The notes beneath the pieces are model-generated. The model ran no database searches and had not been told where the DNA came from. It saw only the letters and a program-made list of their open reading frames with translations. The translations under genes were made by a program, and so were the position numbers. From the human T2T-CHM13v2.0 reference genome, Homo sapiens, in NCBI RefSeq assembly GCF_009914755.1, contig NC_060925.1: DNA of 64,000 bases; one strand, 5' to 3'. Below, piece by piece: positions 12,841-27,519 of this stretch; the stretch's first letter is position 1, and each line of letters starts with the position of its first letter.

Positions 12841-14595
12841 GAAAATAATACCAGAGGTCTAAATGTGGTGCTATGCCATTGATGTTTGGGTTGATTCGGA
12901 ATTTTCCACAACAGCGTTTTATAATTATTTTTGTGCTTAGACTCTTGTGACAATTTGTTGATCTTCCACAGTTCCCTCAGAATAATACCCAGCTGTCCAT
13001 TCCCAAATTTTGTGTTTCATTTCAGAGTTTGTCAGCATAAGAACCTCTTTTAGGTTTATCCATGTTTTCAGGTTTCTTCACCATTCTTTGCTTCTGGAGG
13101 ATCCCACTCCTATCCTGTGACATTGAATGAATGCCTGTCTGTGGCTCCCTGCTTCTGACTAAAGCGACATAGAATCTAATGTCAGTCATTTGTCTTTACT
13201 AAATGAAAACTACTAGACAAAGAAACATACCAAAACTTACTCATATGTTTCTTTGTCTAGTAGTTTTTATTTTAAGCCTACTGGTATGACTACCTTTGTC
13301 TACTTTAGAGGGAATTTTTGACATAAGCAAGGGGTTGGGCAAATTTTTTTCTTTTTAGGAAACATTAACTTAGTCTTTCAAAAAAGACTCTCCCCCGCCC
13401 CAGTAAAAAATATTGGAAAGAGCCTGTGCTTTAGCAGAGGGCCTACAGTCAAGGTATGTTTGGCCTGGGGTAGAGGTACTTCTGACCTTTGCTCTGAAAA
13501 GAATTAGCTGTAGACTTACCTGGGTGTAGCTACTGAGTAGCATAGAGCAGAATGGAAAATGCAACAGCTTTGTGAAAAAATTACACAGTACACTTTCTCA
13601 GCTCTAGTCAGGAGTGGGTTTTGTGTGTGCTGGACTTTTGACCCCTTAGCCCTCGGGGAAGCCCAGGTAGGACCTGGGACAATCAGAATTCCTGGCTAGT
13701 TGCCACCAGCTACAAGCAGTCTCTTCTCTTTATCTGACCCTGCTGCACATATATTATCATTATCTGTGTTTACCATGATGTGGAAAAGACTAGGCAGAAA
13801 ACTCCAGGGTTGTCATTGCCTACTTTATGACCTTGGTTGAGTTGCTCATTTTATTCAGACTGTAGTTGTCGCAACTCATAAAGTTGCCTTGAGGAGTAAA
13901 TGAAAATACCTTTGTAAATGTATGGTAGCAGGCCCAGTGTTAGTTTCATTTCACTTACTTCTCTATTCTTAGGACCTTCAGGGGTGGGAAACACATCTCC
14001 TGTTGTCAGTTTGTTCTGATGACAGGCCCTGTCACCCACTCTGCCTTGGCCCAGTTTTGTCTTAATGGGCTGCTTCCCACTTCTGCCATTTCCACTTCCT
14101 CTGCTTGAATTCTCCTTTTCCTTTGCCCTGTGATTTCCATATTCAAAATTTAATGGTTCCTACATTTGAGTTAGTTTTTATGACTTTCTTTGGAGTGTGG
14201 GGAGAGCCAGCAAGCCATAGTTTCTCAGGCAGAAAAAGGCACAAGAGGCTTGGGGGGTTATATTATGGACTACAAATAATGTGAGTTGCAAAAAGATCTT
14301 TAAATACAGATTCAAAAAATTGGCAAAATTAAAAATGTTCTTCCTAGCATGCTTAAAATTGTTTTTTTAAATTGTTGAAATATTTCCCCTATATCCTTAT
14401 ATTTACCTAGGTGAATTACTATACATTTTATTATGGTTATAATCATAACAAAGACATATGTCCTTATATTATGGTTGGAAAAGTTGAATAGATGTGTTTA
14501 TGAAAAATTGTTATACTTCTAAAATGTAATGAATTCCTAATCTTGTATTGCCTTTATATCTAACTGCTGGACCATATAGTAAAGTGATATGATAC

Positions 14596-14939
<344 letters not shown>

Positions 14940-15339
14940 TCATTTGTTTTATGCAAATAGTATATCTTTATTCCAAACAGTTTATTTCTAGGTGTGGTTT
15001 GTTAGTCAATAAATACATGTAAATTGAAAGGTCTTATATAAGAAGATTTTTCTGGGGGGAGGATTGGTTTATGGAACGAATTATTTCTTATTTTTCATGG
15101 CAACCTACAAATTGACTTCCTTTGTTCTCATCACCGTCTTTGTTGTTAGAATATGTTTAGAGTAGTCTGGTGGTAGGTGTGGTATTCAGTGAAAACTGAC
15201 ATTTTTTTCCATTTTCAAAATGCATTTAAAATAAAGTTTTAATAATGTATTTACTGTTAAGAAATATTTTTTATTGTTGAATGACATATTGTTTTCACCT
15301 TCACTTTTATGGCTTTGAGTATTTACAATATCAGCTGTT

Positions 15340-15490
15340 GGCTGGGCACTGTGGCTCACACCTGTAATCCCAGCGCTTTGGAGGCCGAGGCTGAGCAGAC
15401 TGCTTGAGCCCAGGAGTTTGAGACCAGCCTTGGAAACATGACAAAACCCCATCTTTACTAAAAATGCAACAACAACAACAACAACAAAAA
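15340..15490 (+). mobile_element. Alu monomer (FLAM-like) with (CAA)n tail
   Basis: Left monomer only; TSD ATCAGCTGT at 15330-15338 and 15491-15499. Confidence 0.88.
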
Positions 15491-15824
15491 ATCAGCTGTC
15501 AGTAAAGATTGTCTTTAGTTACATAGTTCTCCCGTTTACTCCTCTAATCACTTTTTTTAAGTGGAAAGGAATTTGTTACTGAACATTTAATAGTATTTAA
15601 TGGTTGTGAGGGAGTTTGAGCTTCCAGCAGAATGTCCCAGTACCAGGCCCCCAAGGGAGTTTCTGCCTCTTCTGTGATCAGAAGTCCACCGGTCTAGGGC
15701 CATACAGCCACTGCTCTGGTCAAGACACAGTTACAGTAAGAAAAATCCTGCTATTTGGGGGACCCTAGAACCATACCCTGCCTATTGTGGTCCAGGAAAC
15801 AATGCTGTGGGCCCTAGCTCTATA

Positions 15825-18330
15825 CAGGCATTATTCAGAGATATTGCAGGTTCTAGTCTAGACCACTGCAATAAAGTGAATCTTGCAATAAAGCGAGTCA
15901 GATGAATCTTTTGGTTTCCAAGTGCATATGGGAGTTAGAGTTACACTATACTGTAGTCTATACAGTGTGCAATAGCATTATGTCTAAAAAATATACATAA
16001 TTAAAAAATATTTTATTGCCAAAAAATGCTAACGATCATCTGAACCTTCAGCAGTTCATAATATTTTTGCTGGTGGAGGGTCTTACCTCAATGTTGATGG
16101 CTGCTAAATGATTACGGTGACGGTCACTGAAGGCTGGTGGCTGTGTCGTTTTCTTAAAAGTAGACAACCATAAAGCTTGCCACATCAATTGACTCTTTCT
16201 TTCATGAAAAATTTCTCTGTAGCATATGATGCTGTTTGATAGCATTTTACCCAAAGTAGAAAATCTTGTACAATTGGAGTCAATCCTCTCAAACCCTGCT
16301 GCTGCTTAAAAGTTTATGGAATATTCTAAATCCTATGTTGTCATTTTAGCCATGTTCACAGCATTTTCATCAGGAGTAGATTCCGTCTTAAGACGCATTT
16401 TCTTTGCTCATTTATAAAAAGCAACTCCTCATCCATTGAAGTTTTATCATGGGATTGTAGCAATTCAGTTACATCTTCAGGCTTACTTTTAATTCTAGTT
16501 CTCTTGCTGTTTCCACCACATTTGTAGTGACTTCCTTCACTGAAATCTTGACTCCCTCAAAGTCGTCCATGAGGGTTGGAATCAACTTCTTCCAAACTCC
16601 TATTGACATTGATATTTTGACTTCCTCCCATGAATGACAATCGTTTTTAATGGCATCTAGAATGGTGAATCCTTTTCAGAAGGTTTTCAGTTTACTTTAC
16701 CCAGATCTATCAGAGTGATCACTGTTTATGACAGCTATAGATTTAAGAAATGTATTTCGTATTCTTAGATAAGAAGACTTGAAAGTGGATTATTCCTTGA
16801 TCCGTGGGCTGTAGAATGGATGTTGTGTCAGTAGGCATGAAAACAACATTAATCATCTTGTATATTTCCATCAGAGCTGTTGGTGACTAGGTACATTGTC
16901 AATTAGTAGTCATATTTTGAAAGAAATCTTTTTCTGAGCAGTCGGTCTCAACAGTGGGCTTAAAATACTCAAAAAACCATGCTGTAAACTGATGTGCTGT
17001 TGCCCAGGTTTTGTTTTTCCACTTATAGCACACAGGCAGAGTAGATTTAGCATAATTCTTAAGGGCCCTAGGATTTTCAGGGGATGCTAAATGAGCATTG
17101 GGTTCACCAGCTGCGTCAGCCCTTAACCAGAGCCTGTTCTTGAAGCTTTGAAGCCAGGCATTGACCTCTCTCTAGCTATAAAAGTCCTAGATGGCATCTT
17201 TTTCAAATAGAAGGCTGTTTTATCCATATTGGAAATCTGTTGTTTAGTGTAGCCACCTTTATCAATGATCTTAGCTAGATCTTCTGGATAACTTGCTGTA
17301 GCTTCTACTTCAGCAATTGCTGCTTCAACTTGCATTTTTATATGATAGAGATGACATATTTCCTTGGACTTCATGGACCAACCTCTGTTAACTCCATTTT
17401 TTCTTCTGCAGCTTCCTCACCACTCTCAGCCTTCACAGAGCTGAAGGGAGTTAGTGCCTTGCCCTGGATTAGACTTTGATTTAAGGAAATGTGACTGGTT
17501 TGATCTTCTATCCAGACCGCTAAAACTTTCTCTGTCTCAGCCGTAAGGCTGTTTCACTTTCTTATCATTGGTGTGTTCACTGAGTATCACTTTTTTCTTT
17601 TGTCTTTTTATACAGATGTTTTACTCAATTATAGAAAATTTTAAACACATTCAAAATAAACAAAATAGTGTAATAGACCAGCTCCGAGCTTCAGCAACCA
17701 CTGATAATGTACCATTTTGGACTAGCACTTTTAATTTCCTTCAAGAACTTCTCTTTTGCATTCACAACTTGGCTGTTTGGCTCCAGAGGCCTAGCTTCTG
17801 AGCTACTAGCTTCTGACCTGTCTTGACCTTTGACATGCCTTTCTCACTAAGCTTAATCATTTCCAGCTTTTGATTTAAAGTGAGAGATGGGTGACTCTTT
17901 CTTTCACTCGAACACTTGAAGGCCATTGTAGGGTTATTAATTGGCTTAATTTTCATTATTGTTGTGTCTCAGGGAATAGTGAGGCCCAAGGAGAGGGAGA
18001 GAGATGGGAACGGCTGGTGCAGTGAAGCAGTCAGAACATTCACACACCATGTATCGTTAAGTTTACCGTTTTATTTGGACATGATTCATGGTGCCCCAAA
18101 ACAAATACAGTAACATCAAAGATTGCTGATCACAGACCACCATAAAAGATATAATAATAGTGACATAGTTTGAATTATTGCAAGAATATCCAATATGTGA
18201 CACAGAGATATGGAGTGAGCACATGCTATTGGAAAAATGACACTAACAGACTAACTTCACATAGGGTTGCCACAAACCTTCAGTTTATAAAAAACACAAT
18301 GTGTGAAGCACAATAAAATGAGATATGCCT
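15825..18330 (-). mobile_element. Near full-length Tigger1 DNA transposon (TcMar-Tigger) with decayed transposase
   Basis: Termini CAGGCAT... (after TA at 15823-24) and ...ATATGCCT. ORF pieces KCSSERKSHPSLTLNQKLEMIKLSE (17762-17956) and [18 protein letters not shown]...[12 protein letters not shown] (17123-17374) match the Tigger1/TIGD1 transposase. Confidence 0.93.
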
Positions 18331-18640
18331 TCATTAGTTTTCTGTAACTGCTGTATCAAATTATTACAAACTAGATGGTATAAAACAACAAATTTATTCT
18401 GTCACCATTCTGCAGGCCAGAAGTCAGAAGTCAGGGTGTTGACAGTGCCGTGTTCTCTCTGAAGGCTTAAGGGAGAATGTGGCTCATGCCTTTCTCTTAG
18501 CTTCTGGTATTGGCAGCAATCCTTGTCTTTCCTTGGCTTGTGGATATATCACTCCATTCTCTGCCTCTGACATGCAGGTTCTTCCTATGTGTTTTCGCTT
18601 GTGTCTCTTCTCATAAGGACATCCTCATGACCTCACCTTT
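18331..18640 (-). mobile_element. MaLR LTR fragment (MLT1C-like)
   Basis: Contains ATTAGTTTTCTGTAACTGCTG...AAAACAACAAATTTATTCTGTCACCATTCTGCAGGCCAGAAGTC, the typical MLT1 pattern. Confidence 0.7.
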
Positions 18641-21600
18641 GCTGCCTATCACTCTTACACTTAAAATTCAACAAGCAAAATCTATGCTTTTCTATTCAGA
18701 TTCTTTACTTAGAAAAGATTTTCAAATTTCTGATGTTTTTGGTCTTAACAGCAGATTTTAAGATTGTGCGGAGGTTGTGTCTGAGAGATAAAGGCACCCA
18801 AGGCATCTTATATGATATGCACTCATTAACATGATGATGATAATAACAGGAGAGAAAATGCCACTTCAAGCAAGGTGAAAGAAAATAGTACATCTAAGTG
18901 TTAGTTTTAGTTCCTTCTCAACCAAACGGTCCCTTGTTACTGGACTGCTTAGGCTGTGTACTGTTCTCACCATTTTTGGCATTTTTACAAAATTTCTCTC
19001 AACTGGGTGTGAAAGCTTACCACTTCCCTTGCTCCTGAGGTGTTTTTTTGCACAGGGGCAAAAGCTCTTTGCCTTGCCACTTAGAGATTTTGCCTCTAGT
19101 TACCATTACCTACCTGTAGTTCTCTATCTTGTTTCACAGCTCGACTGCACCAGACTTTTCTGTCTTGCATGTCTGGCCACGCTGGAAAGTGTTCAAGAAC
19201 ATTATGATGAGTAACCTGTTCCTTTTTCCATGACTGTCTTATTTCCATCTGGGACTTTGATAACAAGTGACAGGCACTTGAGTCCCATCTAACTTCCCTC
19301 CTTGTCAGTAGATACAAGCCTTTGCATTCAAGTGTTGCTCTTTATTCAAAAGCCTGTTTGGCAATTTTAAAACTGTTTTCTATCAGCGATTTGTTTTCAC
19401 CTTTTAAAAAAATTTGGAGTTTATAAACAGCACAAGCCCTTGTTGTTTATGACCATTTCCCCTTCTCTTTATTTATTATAAGAAGATGCAGCTTGACATA
19501 GAAAGTTTTCAAATCGTGGGTCAAGTCCAGGTGTATTTTTTTATTTTTCAAATGCCAAACATAGGTTCTGACACTTAGTGTGAGCTAAATGTAATATATA
19601 TGGAACTCAGTTTAAGAGTTGAGTGCCTGGCCTAGGGGAGAGTGATTTTGTGGTTAATGATTCAGATAATATAAGAAGCATGGGCTGTAATGATGTACCA
19701 ACGGTATCTGGTTAGAAAATGTTGAGACTTTTGTCTCTTAGTGTGTGGTCCCTGGCAGGGCAGTACTACCATTCCTAGGCCTTTTTTGTTTGTGTTGTGG
19801 GTTGTCATCCCCAGAACGTCAGCATTTCCACATTTTCCAACTTGTGAACTTTGTGGGGTATTTGCATATGCATTTTGAGAATGTTTGAAAGATGATCCTG
19901 TTGACTGCACAGACTTGGTGTAAAGTCAGTTTCAAATTGAGGTGAGCCTTCTCTGAACTTGGGAGGCATACTTGCCTGAAATTTGAGGATAGACCGTGTG
20001 ATCTTTGGAGCCTTCTGGCAGCTGTAAAATGAGTGACTCTGTGATTACATTCCCTTTATAGTTCATCTTTTTGTTTCTTTTTTTTCTTTCCATTTTCCAA
20101 CTTGGTCTTATCAATCCACAGACCAAAGAAAGATAAATTTGGGAGTTGTTGGTAGGTAGCTGAAAGTGAATGAAATGATTACAATTAAAAAAGGGACCAT
20201 AGCAGGAGTGAGAGAGAAAAACCTAGATGGCAGTGGCAATTTTAAGAGAGATGTAATGGCTGGAATAAAGTAGGAGGAAGAAAAGAAACCTTTAAAAACA
20301 AAGGAGAGGAGTATGCAGAACATATGGGAAAGGAATATGGGGAAGCAGCTTTCTGTAATGTTTACTCATTTGAAAAGATTATTCTGAGATTTCTCTGTAT
20401 TATAAAATTAGTATATAGGTTGCATAGTTGATTCATGTGCATAATTTATAGTTTAAAAGTAAAGTGGTCAGTACATATGGCTTAGCTCTATGTGTTAGTT
20501 TTTAAAAAAATCTACATTGTTTTGAGTGTTTGGTTATTAATAGTTTATGGATATAACTGCTGCACAGTAGTAACTCCTTCATCTACTGGAAGGAAGGTCA
20601 ATTTTTCAGTCATTAGAAATAGGTAGCTAAATGAGATGCTTCTTATTTTTGCTTGGAGGTGCCAGGTTTATTTGCCAACTTTCCACAGTTAGAAAGCACT
20701 TTGGATCACCACTGTCAGATATTTAGATTTCTTTTTGAGTCTGGAGGATTGTATTTCTTATCAAAACAAATATCCAAGTTTATGCTTTAAAAATATTTAA
20801 GTTTTTATTAATTGCAGAATATGAGAATAAAGGAACGACCAAATGCTGTACCATATTGCCTGACTCACTCTGCCACTAAATGGAGCCCCACTTGATCCTC
20901 ACCTGGCTTTCTAGATTATTTATTTCCTGTATATTCCCCTACATTTTAGTCATATCTAACAACTTACTGGGTTTTTTTTTTTTTTGGAAAATTTTGTACC
21001 CTTTCTGGCTTCTCCACTCTATGCTTTTCTCACCACTTTAAATGTCCATTTTCCATATGTCACTGTTCAATCTCAGTGCATTAAAATAATCTTTATCCTT
21101 TAAGGCCCTGCTCAAGTACTATACAAAAAAATACAAATAAACCTCTTTCTTCTGCTTCTTTAAGCCGTTAGTACTTATTGAGTCTTGTTGTAGTTATCTT
21201 AGCTTCCTCTCTGGAGCATAAGCTTCTGGAAGGTGTGAATCATGTCCTGTACAGATCTGTGTTTTCTGTAGGGCCTAGGACCATTCTTGTCAGAACTTGC
21301 CATTTAAAGAATGGCAGATGACTGCTTCCCAGAGACTACACTTGACAGGAGGTCTAGGCAGGTCCTAGCAGTAAGGGAATGCCCAGAACAATTGAGCTGT
21401 TGGTTTCAGGAAAGGTCTAGGATGAATGCCAGGCACACGTCTCTGCAAGGCCCACAGAACATGGTATGAAGGAGGTCTTATTGTTTGAAATAGGTAAAGG
21501 TCTAATCTGTGAATGGTCACTGTCAGGATATTCAGGGATCTAGTCTGAGATGCTTGGTTTTGTATCTGAATTCTGAATTCCAAGGTCTGAAAGATCTCAG

Positions 21601-22317
21601 AGTGGGGTGAGATAGGAATCAGGACTAGGAAAAACGAGTGTGTCAGACATGAACTTGGTGTGAGTGGGGAGGAGTGTGTGGAGACCAGACAGAGACTAGT
21701 TTGGCAATTAAGTCTAAGTTAGAGGCTCGAGCAACAGGGAATAAAGTGAGAGATAAGTCCTGGAGTTAAGATATGATATTAAAACATGACAGGCAGTTAG
21801 ATTAAATTGACTTGAAGCTGATTTGCTAAGCTGTTGACTGAGTATACTTAAATTTCCTTTCCTTAGAGCCCAGTTCATTCCTAGTTCTAGGTAAGTCGTT
21901 TGGCTTTCTGTAAAGGGGTAGGAACCTTTTTATTCCTTAAAGGTATGACTATCTATTTGCCAATTAATTCCATGTTCCAAGGATCCCCTCATGGAGAAAA
22001 TGTTGCACTGAGTTAAATAAGGAAATAACTGGACGAATACTTGAGATTATTCCCTTCATAAGAATAATTACTAATTGTGAATTGATGGTTTGAATACCAT
22101 GCTAAAATGATTGAACCTCTTTTCTCTTGTGAAGTGATTGTGAAGTTACTTGTACCTTTATGTTTTTAAAATTTGATGATAATAGCAATAAAAGCTTTAG
22201 TGCTTTTATGATCTCTTTATTTGGTTTGTAGTTATGGCACATCAGAAACTCGCATCAAAATAGAATCAAGATTATTGTAAAAGGGACCTCAAACGTAGAT
22301 TTCTTAAAAAAAAATGT

Positions 22318-22445
22318 TTTTTATTTTCAAGATGGAATCTTGCTGTGTTGCTCAGGCTGGTCTCAAACTCTTGGCCTCAAGCTGTCCTCCTCACCTTAGC
22401 CTCCTGAAGTGTTGAGATTACAGGCATGAGCCACTGCACCTGGCC
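22318..22445 (-). mobile_element. Alu monomer (FLAM_C-like)
   Basis: Single reverse-complement left arm with T tract. Confidence 0.85.
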
Positions 22446-22778
22446 AAAACATGTATTAAGAAAAGTTTGGTTTATGAGATATATGAAGGAATTAAGTTCA
22501 GACTTGAAAATTCATACTTCAGTGAGACTACAGTGTACTTAAAAATTACCAAGAAAAGGGCTTATGTCTTTTTTTAAATAAATAGAACCCTCTGTAATGT
22601 CTTCTTTCTTTTTTTCCCTTCAGATTTAAAATTGAGTTGAATTTATTTATGCTTTTTAATTTTTTTAAAGAAATGCTTCTCTAGCCAGTTCTAACTAGGT
22701 TTTTTCCTTGCTTAAAGTCCTTCAGTTACTGCCTTCAGAATAATTTCTAACCACTTAGTCTCTTAAAAATACTTTATG

Positions 22779-23072
<294 letters not shown>

Positions 23073-24530
23073 TCAAAAACCTTTATGATTTTGGCCTTGG
23101 CATTTTCCTCTGCTGCATCCCATGTTCCTGTCTTAGGGCACTGGTTGTAGTTCCCTAGTTATCCCATGATTGAGTCTGGAATGTCCCACCTCTTCTCCTT
23201 TGCCTGGTTAACTCCCACATGCCGTAAGACTCACCTTGAGTGTCTTCTCTACAAGGCCTGCCTGACCCTGACAGCTTGCTTGGATAATCCTGACATCCTT
23301 CCTGTGAACTCATGTAGTAGCAGTACCCAGTGATGGTGTCTGTCATCATACTTGCTTCCTTATATTGTAAAAGTCTGTTTCTGTATGTCTCCTCTGGGAA
23401 TAACTTAAGCTATCGGAATTGCCTTAGTTCTTTTTGTATTCCCAGCAGCTCTGTGGTAGACATATCAGTAATGCTGAAAAACAAAACAAAACAAACAAAA
23501 ACGAGTTAATGAATGAGCTGGAGAAGATAAAGAGACAGGAGTCTAGGTTAGCCCACAGTGTTTTGGCTGGGGTGTGGATTGGTGCTCTGAATAGACCATA
23601 CCAGCACTCTTTTCTCCCTCCCCTTCTCTCTGAACTTTGAGTAGCTGTGACTTTTTATTAAAATGAAATGAAATAAAGAAACTAGAAACTTAACTTTCTT
23701 GCAGACTCTTTGGACACTTAATTTATGTCTAGGTGTTTCCTGCCTTGTTGAGGACAAGGATGTCTTTTCACCAAAGATAAAGAGCTCTGCTCTCTTCTTC
23801 CGTTGGAATATTTTCTAATTCTTTTTCAGTTTTGACTCTGTAGTTTTTCATAAGCAGTAGGAGCATGATCATGAGACTTAGGAGGAGCAAACTTTGTCCC
23901 AGTATAGTTTAAGAAATCTCATATCTTTATACAAAATATGTTTGCAGCTGAACTTTACATACCATCTTGGTGCTGAGACAGTCAGATAGGTCCTCCTGTG
24001 TGTATAGTGCCTACAAATCCCAGGAATATGAAAATTGTATAGATTCCTAGTTGCTGGCTAGAGAAGTGAGAGTTGAAATGTTCTAAGATATAAGGAAATG
24101 CAGGTTTTGCCTTAGTTATATATAAAGTTGTCATCATAGAGCCTAGTGCTGAAGAGCAAAGGAGAAGAAATATTAACCACATCAGCTTAGAATTTAGAGT
24201 CCTATTTAAGCAAAGAGTTTAGAATAACTCCCTCAATTCTTGATTAAATCTATATTGATCATAACTAAGTTAATAATAAGTAACAGTTTCTTTGTGTGGT
24301 GGTGAGAAGATGCATCTGTGATGCTGAATTTGGAATATCATGGGATATGTAGCTAACACTGTCTAATAGGCAATTGGTTATATATCTCATGCTCAGCAGA
24401 GAGGTCTGGCCTGGAGTAGAGCTCTGGTGTCATCAGTAGAGAGACTGATATATAGCAGCAGAGGAGTCTGTCTAAAGAAGGTGTGTTGGGGGCCTTGTCC
24501 ATTCTTTCCCACTTAAAAGTGCAGTTTTTC

Positions 24531-24827
24531 GGATGTGGTGGCTCATGTCTATAATTCTACCACTTTGGGAGGCCGAAGTGGGAGGATTGCTTGAGACTGG
24601 GAGTTCAAGACCAGCATGAGCAACATAGGGAGACCCTGTCTCTACAAAAAATTAAAAAATTAGCTAGGTGTCATGGTATGTGCCTGTAGTCCCAGCTTCT
24701 TGGGAGGCTGAGCTGGGAGGATTGCTTGAGCAAAGGAGTTTGAGGTTATAGTGAGCTATGATTGTGCCACTATACTCTGGCCTGGGAGTCAAAGTGAGAC
24801 TCTGTCTTTTAAAAAAAAAAAAAAAAA
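24531..24827 (+). mobile_element. AluJ
   Basis: Dimeric Alu with J diagnostics and A tail. Confidence 0.9.
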
Positions 24828-26113
24828 GGACAGCTTTTTTGAAAGGTAAATAAATGCCCAATGAATACTGGAGGAAAGTAAAATTTAACTTGTTATTTGC
24901 TGCCTGACTTAAGTATAATATGTGAGGTATTTTTCTTGTCAACATAAAATAATATCATTTCCATTCTTAATAAATCTGTTTTTAAAGCCTCTTAGTATAG
25001 ACCATCTTTATGACACTTTAGCATTCTTTAGTTGGAATATGGATTTTCACAGATTCAGGTTTCTGAAAACAAAATTTAACTGCTGTCAATTATATAATTT
25101 CATTTTGAAAGCCTATAGTCAGTATTAATTAGATTTTCATTTATTTGGTCATATTTTTATATAAAAAACTTTATAATTAAAGTTTTTTTTATAGAACATC
25201 GTAGATAGCTTTATCAGCATAACATTATGTTATTCCTGCTTTTAATTTTTCTTATTCTTTGGATAGTATTTCCATAAAGTCATAGTTTTACATGTAAGTG
25301 TGCCAGAGAAAGTACATTTGTTTCTAGTATATGTTTATGTTTGTTAAAAGACATTCACACAGAGTTTGGCATGATTTTATAGTCTGTGCTCAAAAGAGCA
25401 AGAGAGAAATTGCAAGATAGTGCAGGTCAGAATTGAAATAATTTGGCAGAGTTTGGTGAGAAAGCTTGCTTAGCAGCTGCCTAGGTTAACTTTGCACCAT
25501 CCATTCAAAGCATAGTTCAGTTCTGAGATATAAAAATATATAACCAATTAAATTTAGTTTCCCAGAGGTAAATTTTAAAATGTAAAATATAACTTTGATT
25601 TACCTTGTAAGTACATTGAAACATCTTGTTATTAAGTACAAGGATAGTTTTATATTTATGAGGCAGTGGCTTTTATATACTTCCTTTTTTCCTTCCTTTC
25701 TTAATTTTACGTTTTTGAAATCTTAATTTGCATTGACGTTTATGCTTGGTAAAAAAAAAAATCTCAAAGGTACAAGTATTATGCTTCGTTTCTTGTGTAC
25801 GTGGGGAGGTGGGTAGGAGGGGGAGGAAGGCAGTGAGTTTTCCAAGAAGTAAAGTAACAGACTAAATTTCTGTTGCTAAACATCGATTGTGTCCTACTAA
25901 CCTAATTATACATTAAATAGACTCTTGTTATGACTAACTCAGGTCCTAAGAATGCAGTCAGGGCCTAAGTGGGGCTTAGTGAAAAAGTTCATTGCAGAGG
26001 ACATCAGAAGACCTGAGCTAGAGTCAGTCATTGCTTTACCACTGAGATCAGGGCCTCAGTTTCCTTGTCCAGTTTTCAGCAGCATCAAGAGGAATAATGG
26101 ATAGGAAAGCATT

Positions 26114-26440
26114 GTGTTTTTTTTTGTTTTTGTTTTTTGTTGTTTTTTTTGGGGGGGGACAGGGTCTTGCTCTGTCACCCAGGCTGGAGCATTGTGGCAG
26201 GATCATGGCTCACTGCAGCCTCAACCTCCTGGGCTCAAGTGATCCTCCCACCTTACTGACCAAGTAGCTAGGACCACAGGTGTGAACCACCTTACTGGGC
26301 TAATATTTTAATTTTTTGTACAGATGGGGGTCTCATTGTGTTGTTTAGGCTGGTCTCAAACTCTGAGACTCAAGTGAGCCTCCCACCGTGGCTTCCCAAA
26401 GTTCTAGGATTACAGGCATGAGGCACTGTACCGTGCCTGT
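26114..26440 (-). mobile_element. AluJ
   Basis: Reverse-complement Alu; TSD TAGGAAAGC(A/T)TT at 26102 and 26441. Confidence 0.9.
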
Positions 26441-27519
26441 TAGGAAAGCTTTTAAAACTACTTTATGGTTTATTGTAAACTGTAGTATGTAAATAAGAGA
26501 GGATTTTGAAAGTTCAGGAATAATCAATGCATAGAACAGTGTCTGTAATAGAGTAGGTATGCAAAAAATATTTGTTAAATGAATAAATATGAGCAGTTGA
26601 TAAGTCTTTCTATAAGGATTAAATGTAAAACCATGTGTTAATTTTGAAAATTCCATTAAATTTTTCTTTTATTTAAATGTGTTTTTCATTTTTTGTGTGT
26701 GATTTTTCTGTTATTGAGTACTTGTTACAGACCAAAGGCTTTTAAAAACAAATGACCTTACCATAAATAATTCATACTAATGAAAGTATTTCCAAGTACT
26801 AGCCTGTATTCCATAAGGCCTTATCAACTTCGTTATGATAAAATTCATACTATGAATTATTTAGTACAAGGAATTCAGTAGAATGTTTTTTAAATCTGGT
26901 TTTGAAGATGGGGCCAAGCTATTTATCTTAGCTCTTTAAATCAGTTTGGTTGTCATGATTTTTCTAGTATTACAGCTGAATGATTAGCTTAGTGAGCATG
27001 TGCTTTTGCCAGACTTTAGTTGTTGCTATGTGACTAACTGAATGACATATAAAAACATGAGGGGAATTTGTAATAGCATTCTGTGTCCACAGTTAACCTA
27101 AACAAATACAAAGTCTATCAAAAGCTTTTTGGACATACTTTAAAAGGGCCGAATAAGTATCATTTGTCTTTCACATGCTTGTAGGGAAACTCTTCGGTAA
27201 AGATAAGCAGAAGAAATAATACTATCTTGCATTTGTGTGCTGCTTAAAACTCTTGAGAACTGTTCTTCCAGCCATTCTTTTACAGTAGAAAGTGCCCTGA
27301 TTTGATTTGTTGTTTCAGAGATAATGATGTGAGACCTTGCTCTGTCTTCTCATGCTATGTACTCATTATGAACCTTCCTTTAGAGGGGAGGGAACTGAGA
27401 CACAGGGCGGATATGTTGTCTTTAATCGAAAGCAGGTGCTCATGTGAATTTAAACTAAGGTTTCCTGATGGTTAGACCTGTAGTCTTTTAATCTCTTGTT
27501 TTGTTTTCTAACTGTGTTT

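Noticed and set aside
16048-17956. TIGD1-like transposase gene
   Set aside because: Broken by stops, frameshifts and an insertion; a dead Tigger1, not the domesticated gene.
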